64,000 nt of DNA from the human T2T-CHM13v2.0 reference genome, Homo sapiens, in assembly GCF_009914755.1 (NCBI RefSeq), contig NC_060928.1; one strand, written 5' to 3'. Both the position numbers and the translations under genes were made by a program. This document shows, one piece after another, positions 58,843 through 64,000 of this stretch. Each line of letters begins with the position of its first letter. The stretch's first letter is position 1. The notes below the pieces were generated by a model that saw nothing but the letters and a program-made list of their open reading frames with translations, ran no database searches and was not told the origin of the DNA.

Positions 58843-59460
58843 TCAGTCAATAAATATTTAATAAGAACCTGCAGGATATGTTACATACTGAGAATGGTGG
58901 GCACCCCTGCCAGAAAAAAATGATACAGCCCACCATATGGAGCTTATCAGCTTGTGTAGAAGACAGTCCTTCATCAAAGAATCACAGAAAGATACGTAAT
59001 CATTAAACAGTACCAATGCTAAGTAGAAGAGGTATGCAATGTTACAAGCTCATATGGTGGGGCAATTGGGCAGAGCTGTAGAGTGAGGATTGGCCTAAAA
59101 GAAGAGGAATGGGAAAAAGAGAGAGGGCAGAACCTTCCAGAGAGGACAATACACCATTGGAGGAGGATGCCAGGTCAGCTAAGAACTGAAGGAAGGCCAA
59201 GAAGGCCTGAGCACAGGAAGCCGGGAGCAATGGAAGAGAAGCTGGTGAGAATTGCAGGGGCCAGACCCTGGAAGGCCACATGTTGAAGGTGTTGGTGTGC
59301 ATCCTAAAGGCAAATGGAGGTCACAAAAGGCTTTTGAACTAAAGGGTGATGTGAGCAGATTTACATTTCCAAAAGATGACTGAGACTACTGAAGGAGGAA
59401 GGGCTTGCAAGGGGGCTAGAGTGGATTTAGGTAGACCATTTAGGCAAGAGATGGTTTTAG
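58843..59460 (-). mobile_element. L2 LINE fragment
   Basis: cagtcaataaatattta...ggggccagaccctggaaggcc...gatttacatttccaaaagatgactg. Confidence 0.6.
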
Positions 59461-60269
59461 CTATGAGCAGACAAAGCAATGTCTTCTCATTCAGGAACCA
59501 GACCACTAGGACCACAGCAACAGTAGCTGGAAAAAATGTTCTAAAGCAAGAATCTCACAAAGCAAGCAGCATTGGTGCCACCTCAAAATGACCATGGCCC
59601 CTATAAACATTTGAGTTTTCAGTCTCTAAACTATATCAATTTTCAGCATTATCTGCAAGATATATTTATTTCTATATATCCATTCTAACATTAATCTCCT
59701 CACTATAAGTTATTTTTTCCTGGTTTAATAGGTAAAACTTATTAGTTCCTTAGAATTTTCAAAATTTGAAAAAATTTTAAATGCAAGTAGGATTCCTAAC
59801 CCTCACTAGCAATGAAAAGAAAAGAGCACAAAGTGGCTCTATCTAGTAGCCTCTCTTACAGGAAATTAGCATGAAAGAGCATAACCAAGACTCTTTTGTG
59901 CTCCAGGCTCTGGCACAGTGCAGTACACTCCACACACAGATGGTACCATGCTAATAACATGGACCTGAATCTATCCAAACCAGTGGGTACCAGTCAAGGC
60001 TAATGAATGACACCTTTGTTCATAAAAATGCAGAAGGCTATTGCCCACTAAACTTCTTAAAGGGGTGTTGTACAATCCTAGTTCCCTGGAAAATCTCTAG
60101 AACTTCCCCTTCCCCTTTAAAAACTGTACCTATATTTACACATCCATGCATCCTTTCCTAAAAAGGGCAATCTTTACACATAAGAGGGATAAATGCTTAG
60201 TCATTTTCTAGGTTATCCAGTCCACTGTTAGCAGACAAATGAATTTTAGTTTTAAAAATATGCCTATTT

Positions 60270-60618
<349 letters not shown>

Positions 60619-60884
60619 CTATGAGAGACAGATGGTATGGTGAGAAGAAATTGGATCAAGATACGAAGACCTAAGTTCCAGTTCCAGCACTGCCACTGGT
60701 GGTTGCTAGCTGTCTTCCAAAACCAATATCCCTTTCCTCCAGAGTGATGGAGTTGTAGCTGGACTACATTTTCCAGAAACACACCCCAACCCCTGGGACT
60801 TTGAGTAGCCATGTGACTAAGTTCCCTCAATATCTATATACTTTATTTACTAAAATTATCCCGACACTAAGAATCTTCCAACAA

Positions 60885-63800
60885 AGCTGTTTTAAAACCA
60901 AGATATAATTCACATACCATAAAATTCATCATTTTAGAGGTTATAATTCATTGGTTTTTAGCACAGTCATAAGGTTGCACAACTCTTTCCACTATCTAAT
61001 TCCAGAATATTTTCATCACCCCAAAAAGAAACACCATACTGGGAAGCAGTCACTCCCCATCCTCCCCTCTCCCCGGCTTCTGGAAACCACTTAATCTACT
61101 TCCTCTGTTCTGGGATTTGCCTATTCCGGACATTTCACATAAATGGAATGATAAAATATGTGGCTTCTGTGACTGGCTTCCTTTTTATTTCTGAATAATA
61201 TTTTATTGTATGGAGATGCTACATTTTGCTTGTCTATTCGTCAGCTGAAAAATTAGGTTATTTCCCCTTTTTGGCTACTATGAACAATGCTGCTATGAAT
61301 CTGTGAACAGGTTTTTGCATGAACATATGCTTTCAATTTTCTTGAGTATATATACCTAAGAGTAAAATTGCTGGGTCATATGGCAAACTCTATGTCTAAC
61401 TTTTTAAGGAATTAACAAACTGTTTACCGCAGCAGCTGAACTGTTTTACATTCCCACCAGCAACATATGAGGGTTCCAATTTCTCCACATCCTTGCCAAT
61501 ACTCATTATTTTCCTTTTTTAAAAATTTGTAGATATTGTAGTGGATATAACTGGTATCTCACTGTGGTTTTGATTTGCATTTCTCTAATAACTAATGATG
61601 TTGAGCATCTTTCTATGTGTTTACTGGTCATTTTCTTTAAAGAAGTGTTTATTCAAAGCCTTTACCAATTTTTCAATTGGGTTGTCTTTTTCACTATTGA
61701 GTTCTAAGAGTTCTTTATATATTCTGGATGCTGGATCCCTATCAGACATATGGTTTGTAAATTTTTTCTTTCATTCTGGGGATTATCTTTTCATTTTCTC
61801 GATAGCGTCTTTTGCCATACAAAAGGTATTTTTGTTTTCTGTTTTTGATGACATACAATTTGCCTATTTTTTCTTTGGTTAATTTCTTTGATGGCAAATT
61901 TAAGAAACTGTTGCCTAACCAAAAGCCATAAAATTTATACCTATGTTTCCTTCTAAGAGTTTTATAGTTTTAGCTATTACATATAGATCTTTGATCCATT
62001 TTGAGTTAATTTTTGTATATGGTATGAGGTAGTGGTCTGAATTTATTCTTTTGCATGTGGATATCCAATTGTTCCAGCACCACTTGTTGAAAACATGATT
62101 CTTCCTCCCATTTTATTCTTTTTACCATTTGGAATGTAAATTAGTACAGCCATTATGCAAAACAGTATGGAGGCTTCCCAAACTATTAAAAATAGAACTA
62201 CTATATGATCCAGCAGTCCCACTACTGTGTATCTATCCAAAGGAAATGAAATCAGTATGTTGAAGAGATATCCACACTCCCATGTTCATTACAGCATTAT
62301 TTACAATAGCCAAGATATGAAATCAACAGATGAGTACATAAAGAAAATGTGATACATATACACAATAGAATACGATCCAGCCTTAAAAATAAAGGAAATC
62401 CTGTCAGTTGTGACAACCTGGAAGAAACTGGAGGACATCATGTTAAGTGAAATAAGTCATGCACAGACAAACAAATACTACATGATCTCACGTATACATG
62501 GAATTGAAAAAAGTTAAACTCATAGAAGCACAGAGTAGAATGGTGGGCTGGATGGGGGAAAGAGGAAGTACCAAGGAGATGCTGGTCAATGAATACAAAA
62601 TTTCAATTAGGAGAAATAAGTTCAAGAGATCTATTGTAAAACATGGTAACTATAATTAATAATGTATTGTATATTTGAAAATTGCTAACAGGGTAGATTT
62701 TAAGTGTTCTCACTACAAAAAAGATAAGTACGTGAAGCAATGCATATGTTTAACAGCTTGAATTAGCCATTCCATAATGTACACATATACCAAAACATCA
62801 TGTTGTACACCACAAATATATATTTTTAATTTATCAATTAAAATAAAGAAATATTAATTTTTTTAAAAAAAGAAAATCAGTTGACCATAAATGTATATTT
62901 GTTCCTGGATTCTCAATTTTATTGAATCAATCTATTATATATACCTTGTCTTTTGTCATTACCACACTGTCCTGATTACTACAGCTTTGAAGTAAGTTTT
63001 AAAATCTTTTTTTCAACAGTATAAGATTTGTCAAATGCTTTTTCTTCATTTATTGAGATGATCATGTGTATTTTTTCTTTCTTTACTAATATGGTTTATT
63101 ATACTGATTAACTTTCATATATCGAATCAATCTTGCATTCCTGGGATATTTCCCACATAGTTATGCTATATAATCCTTTGTATATGCTGCTGGATTTGGA
63201 TTGATACCATTTTATTGAGGATTTTTTTCTGTCTACATTCACAAATGATATGAGTCTGTAGGTTGCTTTTCATGAGATATGTTTGTCTGGTTTTGGTATC
63301 ACAGTAATGTTGGCTTCACAGAATGAGTTAAGTGTTTCCTCCTCTTATTACTAATTTTTTAGGGAGTTAATGAGGGGTTTCTTTTAATTCTTCTTTAAAC
63401 ATTCTTAGAATTCACTAGTGAAGCCATCTGGTCCTGGATTTTTCTTTTTACGGGAAGGTTTTTTTGTTTGTTTTTGTTTTTTAACTAACTCAATCTCCTT
63501 AGTTGTTATAGGGCTATTAAGATTTTCTATTTCTTCTTAATTCAGTTTTCATGGGTTGTTTCTCTAGGAATTCATCCATTTCATCTAAATTAACTGACTT
63601 GTTGCCATATAATTGTGTATATATTCTCTTATCACCTTATTTATTTTGGTAAGGTGAGTAGTAATATTTCCTCTTTCATTCCTGACTTAGTAATTCAAGT
63701 GTCCTCTCTTTTTTCTGGGCCAGTCTAACTAAAGGTTTGTCAATTTTGTTGATCTATTCAAAGAACTAACTTTTGGCTTCACTGGTTTTCTCCAGTGTTC
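60885..63800 (-). mobile_element. L1MB-type LINE (several fragments)
   Basis: gatataattcacataccataaaattca...ttgctgggtcatatgg...cattcccaccagcaa; resumes after 62870. Confidence 0.8.
62128..62870 (+). mobile_element. L1MA-type 3' end inserted in opposite orientation inside the L1MB
   Basis: ggaatgtaaattagtacagccattatg...atatgatccagcagtcccactact...aacatcatgttgtacacc + A-rich tail. Confidence 0.82.
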
Positions 63801-64000
63801 TAATGAGGTCTTTATTTAATGTGCCAAATTTCTGATGCCCACTTTACTTAATTGCTGAAAATTACTGTTAACAATTTAACCAAACACCATTATTGCAACT
63901 GTGAAGGGATAGAATATTACAGTTTAAAAAGCAGAAACCCTACTCCATTCATTGCCCTGAGTCCTTAGGCAAAATATTTAACTTTTCTGAGACTCTGTTT

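Overview
Human genomic DNA (Alu/L1/MIR/MaLR repeats, GT-AG introns) holding the 3' parts of two convergent genes, known to lie at 4q24. On the + strand are NFKB1 (p105/p50) coding exons 10-24 (799-34536), from the end of the Rel-homology domain through the NLS, glycine-rich region, ankyrin repeats, death domain and DSGVETS degron, with a 3'UTR ending near 35245. On the - strand are MANBA (beta-mannosidase) exons 14-17 (57801-50001). All exon phases join in frame. Exon numbers and protein identities come from recognition, not a database search. The rest is intronic or intergenic repeat-derived DNA. No prokaryote-type system (CRISPR, operon, tRNA/rRNA) is present. Best leads: (i) a near-perfect 3x103-bp tandem array inside an ancient MLT1 LTR ~2.8 kb past the NFKB1 polyA site, with one AP-1 site per unit; (ii) an in-frame stop in the intron-13 donor plus a nearby AATAAA that could give a processing-independent p50-only mRNA; (iii) kB sites in intron 15 and in an antisense THE1 LTR; (iv) a young L1 lacking a target-site duplication just past the NFKB1 polyA site. 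All functional interpretations are hypotheses.
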